Source of the DNA: a virus
Virus record (IMG/VR): IMGVR_UViG_3300046171_000155
Direction: 5' to 3' (one strand)
DNA length: 64,000 nt
Position numbers and translations under genes: made by a program. Below are positions 1 to 10,135 of this stretch, in pieces (positions within the stretch are counted from its first letter, which is position 1; every line of letters begins with the position of its first letter). The notes beneath the pieces were generated by a model, which ran no database searches, was not told the origin of the DNA, and saw only the letters and a program-made list of their open reading frames with translations.

Positions 1-268
1 AAGTAATACCTTCCAACCACTCAAGAACTTCCTTGTAACACTCAAGATCTTCGTCTAGGATGAGACTAATAGTGAGTTCGCCATAGTTGATAGTGTCTGG
101 TGGCAAAGGCAATCTTTGAACACGAGGCACTGCCATCTCAGCAGAAGTACCAGTAGCGCCAGGATGTGATACTGTATGCGCAAAAAACTTTAGATTGCCG
201 AACGCACGTTCTATGATAACACAGAATCCCGTAGGTTGCAAAAAGTTTTTGTTAGGTGTTAGGTCCAT
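1..268 (-). CDS. gp3: Tail completion / sheath stabiliser gp3 (5' part; runs off the window)
   Basis: Manual translation from ATG at 268: MDLTPNKNFLQPTGFCVIIERAFGNLKFFAHTVSHPG...LPPDTINYGELTISLILDEDLECYKEVLEWL. The NFLxPTGF and LILDEDLxxYxExxxW motifs are gp3-like, and the gene directly follows gene 23. Confidence 0.8.
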   Translation of the reverse strand, partial: MDLTPNKNFLQPTGFCVIIERAFGNLKFFAHTVSHPGATGTSAEMAVPRVQRLPLPPDTINYGELTISLILDEDLECYKEVLEWLEGIT

Positions 269-289
269 AATATATCCTCTTAGTCACTT

Positions 290-297
290 TATTTATA
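290..297 (-). promoter_or_regulatory. T4-type late promoter TATAAATA upstream of gene 3
   Basis: Exact consensus about 20 nt upstream of the ATG. Confidence 0.8.
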
Positions 298-302
298 CGC
301 AT

Positions 303-328
303 AAAAAAAGGGAGTCCGAAGACTCCCC
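303..328 (-). terminator. Rho-independent terminator after gene 23
   Basis: GGGAGTC-TTCG-GACTCCC followed by T7; cUUCGg tetraloop typical of T4-like phages. Confidence 0.9.
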
Positions 329-356
329 AAAATGACTAGTAGACTAGTTCTTTTTA

Positions 357-1679
357 TTATGCCTTGTCTAGGATGTTGTCTACACGGAAGATACGGTAGT
401 ACTGGTTTACACCCTTAGTTGCATCGATGTCGCTAGTTGGGTTGTCTGTGACGAATGGGTTTGCTGCCATGCCGTAACGAGTCTTGAAACCAATCTTAGG
501 CTGGAACGTGTTCTCAGCGACTGCTTTCATCATCTGTAGTGGGACGTATGGGCAGTAGAACATACCTGCGTCATATGCGTTTGTTCCCTTATAACCTACA
601 GTTACGTAATCAACGTCTGCGTATGGGTCGATAAAGACACGGATACGACCGTTGATTGTACCAGCGAATGTGTTACCTGTTGTATCAACAGTTAGACCAG
701 CGCCTGGCTGATAGTCTAGTGAACCAGCAGCTGCAAGTGCAGTTGCAACATCAGCAGAACAAACTACGATGTTACCCTTACCGCGACGTGTGTCCTTCGC
801 AATTGCGTTTGCTTCACGTTCGATCTGCATTGCAAGAGCCTTGAACTTCTCTGCTGACCAACGACCGTCTGCGTCTGTAGAGATATCAAAGATACCGCCA
901 CCAGATGTCGCAGAAGCGACGTTAGATGTTTGTGCACCTAGTACCGCCTGACCGTTGATTGTACGAATGATTTCGCGGTTGATTTCAGCAAGAATCTCTG
1001 TAGACAGAATGTTTGCTAGTTCTGTCTCAGCGTCAAGACCGTGGATTGCTTTCAAGTCTTGCGCTAGTTCTAGAGAGTACTCTGCCTTCAATGCGCGTGA
1101 CTTAGCAGTAACAGTCGCCTTGTCGATCGAGAAACCCATCTCTTGGAACGCTTGATCCGTTGGACCACCACGACCTAGAGTCTCAGCTTCTTGTGTTGAC
1201 ATTGGACGACCAGCAAGATCTAGTTCACGTGGAGTTACAGCATCGAATCCAGACATGCCTGAACCGTCTTCTGGTTGATCTAGAGTTCCACCTAGACCTG
1301 AGAAACGAGTTTCAACTTCGTCGAAGAATGTTTCTGGACCAGACATTCCGTTGTAACGTGACTTCATCGCGAAGATTAGACCAGTTGGTCCTGCCATTGG
1401 CTGGACACCACATAGGTCATATGCCATTAGGTTTGGCATTGCGCGACGTACTAGTGAGATTAGAACTGGATCCCAGTTCGCGATCTGACCGCCAGTTGCG
1501 TTAGTTGGTGCTTCTGTTAGAAAACCTTGCATTGAAGCGCGCTCTTCCATTAGAGCTTTTTCTTGGTTTTCTAGGACGGCAGCAGTTACTGCCTTACGTA
1601 GTGGATCAGTGATCTTGCCAGCAGATTCTTCGTTAAGTACTGGTGACCACTTCTCAATCAATGTATCGAATGATTGCAT
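357..1679 (-). CDS. gp23: Major capsid protein gp23
   Basis: Motifs KWSPVL, LISLVRRAMPNLMAYDLCGVQPM, KSRALKAEYSLELAQDLKAIHGLDAE, FYCPYVPLQM, FQPKIGFKTRYG. Confidence 0.98.
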   Translation of the reverse strand: MQSFDTLIEKWSPVLNEESAGKITDPLRKAVTAAVLENQEKALMEERASMQGFLTEAPTNATGGQIANWDPVLISLVRRAMPNLMAYDLCGVQPMAGPTGLIFAMKSRYNGMSGPETFFDEVETRFSGLGGTLDQPEDGSGMSGFDAVTPRELDLAGRPMSTQEAETLGRGGPTDQAFQEMGFSIDKATVTAKSRALKAEYSLELAQDLKAIHGLDAETELANILSTEILAEINREIIRTINGQAVLGAQTSNVASATSGGGIFDISTDADGRWSAEKFKALAMQIEREANAIAKDTRRGKGNIVVCSADVATALAAAGSLDYQPGAGLTVDTTGNTFAGTINGRIRVFIDPYADVDYVTVGYKGTNAYDAGMFYCPYVPLQMMKAVAENTFQPKIGFKTRYGMAANPFVTDNPTSDIDATKGVNQYYRIFRVDNILDKA

Positions 1680-1690
1680 TTTACTATTCC

Positions 1691-2708
1691 TTATTGCTTA
1701 GTGGTTTTACGAAGAGCGTGTAGGTAATTCTCCATTACAGATGAAACCTCTACTTCTTCCTCTGTCGTTTCTTCGACAGATTCTTCAAGTTGCTCTGGGA
1801 TTTCTTTTGAGAAGTATGATTCCTTGACAGTGTTAACTTTCGCAACGAAAGATTCTTCGTTCTCGAAGTCAACGCTTTCTAGGAGACCCTTTAGCTTCTC
1901 CGCTTGTGTATCTGCTAAATCACGTGATGCCTCAGCGATGATAGTGTTACGCTTGTAAGTCTCTAGTTCCTCAGCAAGTGAAATTGCATCACCAGTAGTT
2001 GCGTTTAGCTTTTCTTCTAATTCGCTTACTTGTTCTGCTAGTTCATCAACTAGGTCGACCTTAGTCTCTGGAACTTCAACATATGACTCAACGAATAGAT
2101 CACGCATACCGTTCATGAAACCTTCAGCGATTTCGGTACGTAGACCAGCTTCGATTGCCACCTTGTTTTCTTCCATCCAAGTTTCAACCACGTAGTTTAG
2201 GTATGAATCAACCTTACCGACTAGATCGGTCTTGATTGTTTCGACTTCTTCAGCAAGCTCTTCTGCGTACTGTTCCTCTAAACGAGTAACTTCTTCAGAT
2301 AACTTAGTCTTGACCGCAGTCTCAAAAATGATTGCAGTCTTCTCCTTGAACTCTTCAGATAGAGTCGCTTCACCTTCAACGATTGCAGATAGTTCTGCGC
2401 CTGTGTCTAGTTCTGCAACATCTTCTAGGTCAACGCCTTCGCATCTTGTCATAAGCAGCTTGAACATCTGCCTTAGTAGATGTCATTAGCTTATTATGCA
2501 TTGCGTTGATCATTCCCGCCTTGGTTTTTGGTGGGGTAGCCTTTGGAGCAGCTTTCGCAGCCTTGTCTACCGAAGCAATTGCTTCTGGCTCAGTGACTGC
2601 ATCTTTGTTTTCTGGAGCTGCTTCTTCGAGAGTTTCCTCCACGATTTCGTTAGTTTCAATCTCGGTATCGCGGATTTCACTTTCTACTGCTTGATTTAAA
2701 TCAGTCAT
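1691..2708 (-). CDS. gp22: Prohead core scaffold gp22 (split into two ORFs by an apparent indel near 2440-2460)
   Basis: Acidic coiled-coil with LSEEFKEKTAIIFETAV and KVDSYLNYVVETWMEENKVAIEAGLRTEIAE; ORFs 2430-2708 and 1691-2467 overlap in different frames. Confidence 0.9.
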
Positions 2709-2718
2709 AGTGACTCCT

Positions 2719-3382
2719 TTATAGTTTAGATTTGATTAACGAGAGGAAATTCTTGAATTCACGAATCTGCACTTCAGGACGATGTGTGATAGGTGCTTGC
2801 TTAATTTCAGTCTCTATATCTTCAATAGCTTGAGGTTCTAAGATTCCATTATTCCAGACCCAATCTACACCTTCCATAATCCCATTAACAAATGCTTCAG
2901 GTGCTGATGGATCTTGCACGATATCTACCGTATTAAGAATAAAATCATCTTTGACGTACATTACGCCGTTTCTGCTCTCAAGACTTCCCATTCCACGAGT
3001 TGACACACCTAGTTGAACACCACCTTCTAAGAGACCTTTCACTATCTTGCCCATTGGGGTATCCAATATTTGTGCCTTTCCAACCACATCATTGCCTTCA
3101 AATCGAAGATCAGTAATAAGGTGAGAAACTTTATCCAAGTTAACAGTCGGACCTTCAGGGTGATTGAGTTCCCCGACAGCACGCTTTTTGCTAACTTGAT
3201 CTTTCAACGTACGTGTCTACTGCCTTCTCCATAATTGGTTTAGGGTAGAACACGACCGTTACGATTCTTTTTGTCTGCCTGAGCGAATACACCTTCAATG
3301 ACGAAAGTTCTTATCACCATTCTCTTTGGCTTCAACGATGCATTGTAAAGTCGTTTTCTACGAATTCGCTAATCAGTTTCAT
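2719..3382 (-). CDS. gp21: Prohead protease gp21 (several apparent indels in the 5' part)
   Basis: GELNHP, GVSTRGMGSL and DIVQDPSAPEAFV in the called ORF. The N-terminus (MKLISEF...IEGVFAQADKKNRNGR...PKPIMEKAV) can be read across frames from the ATG at 3382. Confidence 0.92.
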
Positions 3383-3579
3383 TTTATTTTCCTAAGTCCT
3401 TGAGGACTTGCTTTCGCGGTTGACTCCGCTTCTTTTTGTGATTTGAAAGTATCGACCTTGTCACCATCTATCGTCAACTCGAACCCTTTTGAGGTCTTTG
3501 TGATAACGACAGGGTATCCACCCATCTTCTTTTTGAAGACTGGTTTAGATGATTCTCTTAATTGTCGAAAAGTTTTCAT
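3379..3579 (-). CDS. Small prohead core protein (gp68-position)
   Basis: MKTFRQLRE N-terminus, basic 66-aa protein directly upstream of gene 21; the C-terminus may be frameshifted. Confidence 0.55.
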   Translation of the reverse strand: MKTFRQLRESSKPVFKKKMGGYPVVITKTSKGFELTIDGDKVDTFKSQKEAESTAKASPQGLRKIK

Positions 3580-3597
3580 ACCACCTCTCTTTTGTAG

Positions 3598-3605
3598 TAT
3601 TTATA
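3598..3605 (-). promoter_or_regulatory. Late promoter TATAAATA
   Basis: Exact consensus upstream of the 3579 start, followed by a GAGGTGG ribosome-binding site. Confidence 0.8.
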
Positions 3606-3632
3606 CAAAAAAATTTTTTAACTGACATTTAG

Positions 3633-4286
3633 CTATAACTTTATCTTTTTATAGCGTCTTTTTGTGCTTCCCCACATCTGTTCAGCATATATTTTATCAT
3701 CACCTTTGTATGGTGTTGATCGAATCGAGTAATGTTTTGGTATCAAATAATGCGACGGCCAAATAATTAATTTATGTTGTTCTTTGTTCGGTACAAACTT
3801 AGACAACCAAGCATTACCTGTACTTTTCCAAGGAGCTGGTTGCAGTTGATTTGCAGGCAGTTTATGTAAAGTATCTATCAATAGTTTAACAAAAGTGTTT
3901 CCTGCATTACATGCCATAATTGGAGAGATATAGTTAGGTGCAAGGTGTTTGTCACGATCATTTTCATATACACTGTATGCATGATCTGGCGGACTCGTAA
4001 ATAACTCATCCGTATTGTGTAAACACACTGCATCTGCTGGGGGTAAAAACCCTCCTCCTTCATATAGCAGTTCGTATCGAATCAGATCAGCAACGCCTGC
4101 CCAAGTACCTCTTCTATAATATTCGTCAATTAGATGTTGATTATGCCACTTGCGCGACTTTAACATCTCATCTGTGAATACCATATACTCCCAATCTGGA
4201 TGTTTCTCCTTCCAAGTATTCATCCAATCTAAAGGTGGTTCATAAGGTCCTATCCAAATATGAACCATTCTTTTAGTGAGGTTCAT
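3633..4286 (-). CDS. Glycosyltransferase, GT32/OCH1-like sugar-binding fold
   Basis: VHIWIG, W..KHPDWEY, ADLIRYELLYEGGG and W.STG motifs; the DxD position reads PAD. Confidence 0.75.
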   Translation of the reverse strand: MNLTKRMVHIWIGPYEPPLDWMNTWKEKHPDWEYMVFTDEMLKSRKWHNQHLIDEYYRRGTWAGVADLIRYELLYEGGGFLPPADAVCLHNTDELFTSPPDHAYSVYENDRDKHLAPNYISPIMACNAGNTFVKLLIDTLHKLPANQLQPAPWKSTGNAWLSKFVPNKEQHKLIIWPSHYLIPKHYSIRSTPYKGDDKIYAEQMWGSTKRRYKKIKL

Positions 4287-4287
4287 A

Positions 4288-4662
4288 TTACTCTACTTCG
4301 ATAAAATCGTCTATCTCATCGAGATTTATGTCCTCGATTTCTTCTAATTCAGAAGTAACCTCAGAGTCGTCTTCACCGAACTCTTCTGCTTCTGAACCGT
4401 ATTCTACATCCTCAACGCCGTCTTCTTCATATTCTTCAGCGTCATATGGTTCTTCACCGTTGAAGATTTGACCTGCGACTGCGACTTTCTCTGCGTCAAG
4501 TGTGTCTTGTACTTTAGCGCCTAGTGTGTCTTGGAACAATTGGTCTGCCGCATTGAAGTCCCCTCGTTGTAACGCATTGATAAGATCAAGCGCAGGGTTA
4601 GACTCTGCTTCGACTTCTGTTTCTAGTTCTAGTTCTAGGTCTAGGTTTTCTGCTTCACTCAT
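4288..4662 (-). CDS. Prohead core protein (gp67-like), very acidic
   Basis: DLINALQRGDFNAADQLFQDTLGAKVQDTLDAEKVAVAGQIF; lies immediately after the portal gene. Confidence 0.65.
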   Translation of the reverse strand: MSEAENLDLELELETEVEAESNPALDLINALQRGDFNAADQLFQDTLGAKVQDTLDAEKVAVAGQIFNGEEPYDAEEYEEDGVEDVEYGSEAEEFGEDDSEVTSELEEIEDINLDEIDDFIEVE

Positions 4663-4670
4663 AATTTTTC

Positions 4671-6191
4671 TCACTGTTCATTGTCATTTTCATTTTCACC
4701 ACCGCCAGACGCTTCTGTCTCGACGTTGATTTGTTTGATCATTTCTTCGATGTCTTTCTCATCGAACATCATTACATTCTTCATAATCCATGTACGAGAG
4801 AAGTACTCGCCCACATATTGTGAAATCTGATCCATTGTTTGTAGACGTTCACGTAATAGTTCTGCGTCTTTCAGTTCTGAGAAGTGGTTGTCGCGATTAT
4901 AGTCGACCTGTATCTCATTCTTCCAAGACTCCCAGTCTTGTTCGGTACAGATACCTTTTAGTAGGCATTGCTTCTTTAGAATGCCAAGGAATAGGTTTGC
5001 AAACTTCTGACGAAGACGATCGATAAACTTCTGGAACTTCACTTCGTCTCGTGTAATCTCGGTTGAACGTCCTAGGGAGAACTGCGCTTCTTGCTCTAGC
5101 CTGTTGATCGGTACGTTCAGTGAACGATATAACTTCTTTTGAAAATAAATGATGTCATCGATCTGACCAAGGTTTTCACCGCCTGGTAGAGTACTGATCT
5201 CTGTTCCTCGACCGCCTTCGCGACGTGGTAACCAGAAGTCTTCTAGCATAGACATATGCTTGCGATCGTCTTTTATTTCGCCAGTGTTTGCATCATAGAC
5301 AACCTTGTTGCGATAACGCGCCATGATGTCTTTGATATGTTGCTCTGATTTACCTTTTGGTAAGTTACCGACATCGATATAGAAGATGCGGCGTTCAGGT
5401 GCACGTGCCATACGATAGATGACCAAAGAGTCTTCCATCATACGTAATTGATTCATTGGTTTGATTGCTTTTTGCAAGTAAGAAAGGACTCTCTTCTTGC
5501 TAGGGTCAAGCAGACCCGAAGTGACATACGAAATAGATTCCGGTGTCAATTTGATACCATTACTTGTACCAGCCTTTTCTTGATATAGGTAAAACTCATT
5601 TACTTTATCTACAAGTTTTGCGCCAGTTTTAGGATCTTTTTTGTGTGTAACTTCTTTGACTTTGCGGATCTTAGTTGCGTCAACAGGACGAATCTCTAAG
5701 ATACCCGACTTTAGATTAGATTCATTGACGACCAAATGGTGATACATTCTGCCATCTACATACCACGACCTAAAAATATCATGACCGTGTTCTTCAAAGT
5801 TTAGCATTCCAAGAATGCCTTCAAACTCTTCTGTCAATACTTTTTTGATTTTGTCGCTGGTTTCAACTTTGTCTAGGTTTAGAGAAACTGCAGATTCTAG
5901 TTCTCCAGAGACAACAGACTCATTGATGATATCTTCAATAGCAGCGTCACACTCTGGGTGTTCTGCCATCGCACGATATTTTCGGATGAGTTCTGAAGTG
6001 TCTTTGGCTGCAGTGCCTTCCATATCGACATACTGACCAAAGTAAGAACCTGAGGCAGTCACATATCCCGCACCATCCTCATCTACGCGAGGTACAATAG
6101 AAGGTGCTTTTGGATTCTCTTCTTGTTGTCTTGATACTCGTTTCAGTTCAAAACCGAATGCCGATAGAATACTGTTATTTGGTTCTGCCAT
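4671..6191 (-). CDS. gp20: Portal protein gp20
   Basis: YRAMAEHPECDAAIEDIINE, NQLRMMEDSLVIYRMARAPERRIFYIDVGNLP, EDFWLPRREGGRGTEISTLPGG; start placed at ATG 6191 after GAGGA. Confidence 0.97.
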   Translation of the reverse strand: MAEPNNSILSAFGFELKRVSRQQEENPKAPSIVPRVDEDGAGYVTASGSYFGQYVDMEGTAAKDTSELIRKYRAMAEHPECDAAIEDIINESVVSGELESAVSLNLDKVETSDKIKKVLTEEFEGILGMLNFEEHGHDIFRSWYVDGRMYHHLVVNESNLKSGILEIRPVDATKIRKVKEVTHKKDPKTGAKLVDKVNEFYLYQEKAGTSNGIKLTPESISYVTSGLLDPSKKRVLSYLQKAIKPMNQLRMMEDSLVIYRMARAPERRIFYIDVGNLPKGKSEQHIKDIMARYRNKVVYDANTGEIKDDRKHMSMLEDFWLPRREGGRGTEISTLPGGENLGQIDDIIYFQKKLYRSLNVPINRLEQEAQFSLGRSTEITRDEVKFQKFIDRLRQKFANLFLGILKKQCLLKGICTEQDWESWKNEIQVDYNRDNHFSELKDAELLRERLQTMDQISQYVGEYFSRTWIMKNVMMFDEKDIEEMIKQINVETEASGGGENENDNEQ

Positions 6192-6206
6192 ATAATCCTC
6201 TAAAAC

Positions 6207-6236
6207 AAAAATGGGGGTGGTGTTACCCACCCCATC
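6207..6236 (-). terminator. Hairpin/terminator after gene 19
   Basis: ATGGGGTGG...CCACCCCCAT followed by TTTTGTTTT. Confidence 0.65.
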
Positions 6237-6254
6237 ACATTACTTATTATACCA

Positions 6255-6779
6255 TTAACTTGTGGTATTTGACTCCCAATATTGAACTTGGAATTCTACT
6301 GTGAACTCTTCGATAGCGTCGTTAGTCTCATAACTTAGGTCAATTGCAGAGATGTTAGTCGGGAAACAACCACGGAAGTTGTATGTCTTAACTACATCAC
6401 CATCTTTATCTAGTTGATCTACAATTAGGTCTGCCTGATATGCAACTGGGTTAGTGATACCTACGTTCGCGCTGTGCGAGTTGATACCGTTCATCCAACG
6501 TTCCATTGCGTTACGAACTTCGAAACCTACATCATTGATGACTGTTACAGTCCATGGTTCGAAAGTACGATCTCCTGCGATCTTCAACTGACGTCCACGG
6601 AAAGGGACTTCGATAACATTCATTACAGATGCAGGCAACTGTGCGCCTTTGCACATGAATGAAGTTAGTTCGGCATCACCACCAGCGTATGCTGGAAAGT
6701 TGACTGTTGCACGGAACAGATTAGGACGAGCGCCACCACCACGGATTTTTGCTTTGAAATCATCTACTCTTAGTGACAT
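6255..6779 (-). CDS. gp19: Tail tube protein gp19
   Basis: GGGARPNLF, VPFRGRQLKIAGDRTFEPWTVTVIND, IEEFTVEFQVQYW. Confidence 0.97.
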   Translation of the reverse strand: MSLRVDDFKAKIRGGGARPNLFRATVNFPAYAGGDAELTSFMCKGAQLPASVMNVIEVPFRGRQLKIAGDRTFEPWTVTVINDVGFEVRNAMERWMNGINSHSANVGITNPVAYQADLIVDQLDKDGDVVKTYNFRGCFPTNISAIDLSYETNDAIEEFTVEFQVQYWESNTTS

Positions 6780-6781
6780 GA

Positions 6782-8434
6782 TTATACTCCCGATGTTCCG
6801 ACGACTTCTTCAAAGTCAACACCAGATCGAACCGCTACGAAGTTTAGAGTTACGTAGTTGATAGATCGTGCTGGTTTGATGAAGCAAGATGCGACGAATT
6901 CGTTACGGTCAATAACTTCTGTCGTGTTGTTTGTTGTGTCACAAACAAGACGGAAGTCAGTGATACCGCGACGACCCTGAATTTCACGTAGGAATGGTTC
7001 TACGATGTTAACGAACTCTGCACGAGTAAAGTCATCGTTGAACTCAAACATAACGTTTTGTGCTGCTTCTGCGATCGCACGTTCAATGACTAGGAATAGA
7101 CGACGAACGTTGATGCGGTCAAATGCAGATGGACGTGATAGGTGAGTCTTGTCACCGTAAAGCATAATACCTTGGCCTGGGAAGCTAACGATTGGGTTAA
7201 CACCTGCCTTGTATAGTGCATCACGCTGAGACTTAGATGGGTTGATTGCAATATCAGTAACGCCAATGTATTGACCGCGACGTGAACCTGCTGGCGAGAA
7301 CCAAGGCGCGGATGCCGCGTCGGTTGCAGCCATGATACCTGCAGTTGAAGATGCTGCTGGAATTGTTATGTACTTATCGTTATACTTGTCATAAATCTTC
7401 AACCAGTTACCATCGACAACTAGGTACGATGAATTCTGATTTAGTGCTGTAACATGATCAAGTACATCTTGTGCCGTTGAAGGAGCAGTGCCTGATGAAA
7501 CGACCGCAACACAGTCTTTACGTTGTTCTGCGATACTAACCAATTCTACTTGAACAGCAGTGTCTGTCATCTTTTGGCCTGGCGGAATCAAGAAGTCGAT
7601 CTGAATCGTATCTTTGTCAGCAAATAGACCGTATGCCGCAACAAAGTTTGGTGAAGTTCCGTTAGATCCGCTGATTAGAGTGTAGTCTGTTTTTGCAGGT
7701 AGACCGTCAATCTCAATCCATGAAGATGATGTATTGATAACATCTACGATGTAGTTAGTAGAACCGTTAGCCAGTTTTGCTGTCGGACTTGTCGATACGT
7801 ACTCATACGTTTCGAGTACAGATTCTTCGTCAGTGCCCTTCTTGAAAATAACAACGACATGTCTCTCAGAACCTTCTGGTGCTGAAGAGAAAAGGTCTTG
7901 ATATTCCCACGAATCAGTACTTGCATCTACCATCACAGGAACTTCCTGTGTCACAGGCGCACCGTCTGAATCAAGTACAGGCGCGCCGTCTGAGTCAAGT
8001 ACAGGAACAGTTTCAAAAACAAGTTCACCGTCTGAGTCTCTATCTTGGACTAGAGTGTCTGAAGTATCTGCCCAATGATCGGCATCACAAACGTGAACTG
8101 AAACTGAGTTACCTAGTTCGCCTGGATATTTTGCAGAAAATACACCGTCAGTTGCCGTAGTAGATCCATTGCCTACACGAACAACAAACGCGCTTGAAGA
8201 ATATTTTAGGAATTGCGCGACTGATAAAAAGTCTGCCGCATCACTTCCTGATAAAGGAGTCCCGAAAGTGGACGCGAGTTCTGATTCGTTACCGACAAGA
8301 ACTGGCGTGTTTACAGGGCCCCAACCGAAGTCACCTACAAAGGCACCCGTTGAAGATGTGACCGCAGGGACAATCCCTGACAAGTCGATCTCACGGATAC
8401 GTACTGCTGGTGACTCTGAAAATTTAAGAGCCAT
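6782..8434 (-). CDS. gp18: Tail sheath protein gp18
   Basis: SPAVRIREIDL, GDFGWGPV, PWFSPAG, GDKT...SAFDRINVRRLFL, FIKPARSINYVTLNFVA. Confidence 0.97.
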   Translation of the reverse strand: MALKFSESPAVRIREIDLSGIVPAVTSSTGAFVGDFGWGPVNTPVLVGNESELASTFGTPLSGSDAADFLSVAQFLKYSSSAFVVRVGNGSTTATDGVFSAKYPGELGNSVSVHVCDADHWADTSDTLVQDRDSDGELVFETVPVLDSDGAPVLDSDGAPVTQEVPVMVDASTDSWEYQDLFSSAPEGSERHVVVIFKKGTDEESVLETYEYVSTSPTAKLANGSTNYIVDVINTSSSWIEIDGLPAKTDYTLISGSNGTSPNFVAAYGLFADKDTIQIDFLIPPGQKMTDTAVQVELVSIAEQRKDCVAVVSSGTAPSTAQDVLDHVTALNQNSSYLVVDGNWLKIYDKYNDKYITIPAASSTAGIMAATDAASAPWFSPAGSRRGQYIGVTDIAINPSKSQRDALYKAGVNPIVSFPGQGIMLYGDKTHLSRPSAFDRINVRRLFLVIERAIAEAAQNVMFEFNDDFTRAEFVNIVEPFLREIQGRRGITDFRLVCDTTNNTTEVIDRNEFVASCFIKPARSINYVTLNFVAVRSGVDFEEVVGTSGV

Positions 8435-8498
8435 AATAGTTTCCTTTTGTTAAGGTATAATAAGAAGTCATAATACGAGATAATTCTATCAATGTATC

Positions 8499-8506
8499 TA
8501 TTTATA
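8499..8506 (-). promoter_or_regulatory. Late promoter TATAAATA upstream of gene 18
   Basis: Exact consensus in the intergenic region. Confidence 0.8.
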
Positions 8507-8518
8507 ATAACGCGATTT

Positions 8519-10135
8519 TTACCAAAAATCGTCTTCTGCAGTGCGATCTGGCAGCTGCCACCCAAATCCAGGATGCAGTACTTCTGCTTCTGGAACGAAG
8601 TCCCGACCGTCATCTATTATACCAAATGGTAGTATATCGTCTTCTATTTCTTTCATTCGTTGTTCAAACAACATAGACTTCAGGTCTACGTCATATAGGT
8701 CACCGAAAGACTGTGTGCTCAAGTAGTAACCAAACATCACTAGGTTCATCATCAAGTCGTCGTGGTTACCATCACTCGCTTCATACGACTGTCCTTTAGA
8801 AACAAACGTTGAGATTTCCATAATCGTGTTTTCATCGACGATCTCTAGTTTACCTGTTTCTAAAATGTCTTTGATCCCAGAGCACCCTATGCGTTTGGTC
8901 TTTCTGTTCATCGTGACACCGATAGCGTCTGATTTGACCGCAGACTCTAGGTGTATGTTTTCATATTCTAGGTCTTGATATAGACCTTGACACACAAGTA
9001 TCCCTGCATCATTATTTTCGATAATTACATATGCTTCGTTATAAAGAGTGCCATACTTATAAATAATGTTCGGGTAGAGTATTGGAGAAATAGAATTGTT
9101 TCGATATACACAAACTTGTTTGAATGGCCTTTGTGAAACGTCGATTACCGTAAATGTCGAGTAGTCCTGTCCTCTACCCTTACTAACATCCACAGTCATG
9201 ATGTACATGTGATCTTCTACAGGTTCTTCGTATATCAGCAGACTACCACCCTCGTGGTGTGATAGAGGTGCGCGTGACCTCAAGTCTAACAACACCTGTC
9301 CTTCGATCAGTGTATTACCTGTCCCGAAGAATGTATTTCCGAATTCTTGATCAAACTGTAGACTAGATGTGTTTGCAATCGTTTGTTCTTTCCACTTCTC
9401 ATCACGTCCTGGAACGTCCCACCAATCCACACGAAATGGTTTGTATTCGTTCACACCTTGTACGGCACCTTCCCAGATCTTATGATAAGTATTACCGATA
9501 CCATTCGCGGTACTTGTTATTATAACTTTTGTGTCCTTACCCGATGAGATTACCGGATAGGTCGACGTGTAGAACTCAGCAGCGTTTTCGACAAACGCAA
9601 ACTCATCTAGGAATAGAAGGTTGACTGACATACCACGAATAGACGAACCGGATGTTGCCGCAGCGATGATACGAGAGTTGTTGGACAGTTCTATAGAACC
9701 TTTGTTGAGCGCCTTACATCCTGGCTGAAGAAAGAACGGCAGATTCTCTAACATAAGCGTGACACGCGCCAGCATTTCTCTTGCAGTCATACCTTTGTTC
9801 GCGAGGATCGCGATGGTCTTCTCTGGGTGAAAGAGTGCGTACCACAACAAGTAACCAACCGAACTGATAGACTTACCGGACTGACGACATGCCAATACGA
9901 TATTGAATCGGTTGTTGTTGAAGTGTTCGAACATCTTTTCCTGATACGGATAGAGTTTGAACGGCACGAGACCTTTGTCTAGGTGAATGACCTTGACATA
10001 CTTCTTACAGAAATATGATGGGTCCTTCATGCATTTCTTATACTCACGCAGCTTCTTGGCGTCCCATTCTTCTGCGACACCATCTCTTTTTACGTTAGGA
10101 TTTCCGAGGTAAGATTCTTTTGTATAACTACTCAT
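8519..10135 (-). CDS. gp17: Terminase large subunit gp17
   Basis: Walker A-like RQSGKS, Walker B LFLDEFAF, ITSTANG, nuclease motifs DVSKGRGQDYS and HDDLMM. Confidence 0.97.
   Translation of the reverse strand: MSSYTKESYLGNPNVKRDGVAEEWDAKKLREYKKCMKDPSYFCKKYVKVIHLDKGLVPFKLYPYQEKMFEHFNNNRFNIVLACRQSGKSISSVGYLLWYALFHPEKTIAILANKGMTAREMLARVTLMLENLPFFLQPGCKALNKGSIELSNNSRIIAAATSGSSIRGMSVNLLFLDEFAFVENAAEFYTSTYPVISSGKDTKVIITSTANGIGNTYHKIWEGAVQGVNEYKPFRVDWWDVPGRDEKWKEQTIANTSSLQFDQEFGNTFFGTGNTLIEGQVLLDLRSRAPLSHHEGGSLLIYEEPVEDHMYIMTVDVSKGRGQDYSTFTVIDVSQRPFKQVCVYRNNSISPILYPNIIYKYGTLYNEAYVIIENNDAGILVCQGLYQDLEYENIHLESAVKSDAIGVTMNRKTKRIGCSGIKDILETGKLEIVDENTIMEISTFVSKGQSYEASDGNHDDLMMNLVMFGYYLSTQSFGDLYDVDLKSMLFEQRMKEIEDDILPFGIIDDGRDFVPEAEVLHPGFGWQLPDRTAEDDFW

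Noticed and set aside
2430-3420. Frameshifts in genes 22, 21 and the small core gene (also near 22675, 23215, 38910-39570, 61050, 63410 and 63965) as programmed frameshifting or pseudogenes
   Set aside because: They hit essential conserved genes, cluster locally and share no slippery motif. Uncorrected sequencing indels are the simplest explanation.
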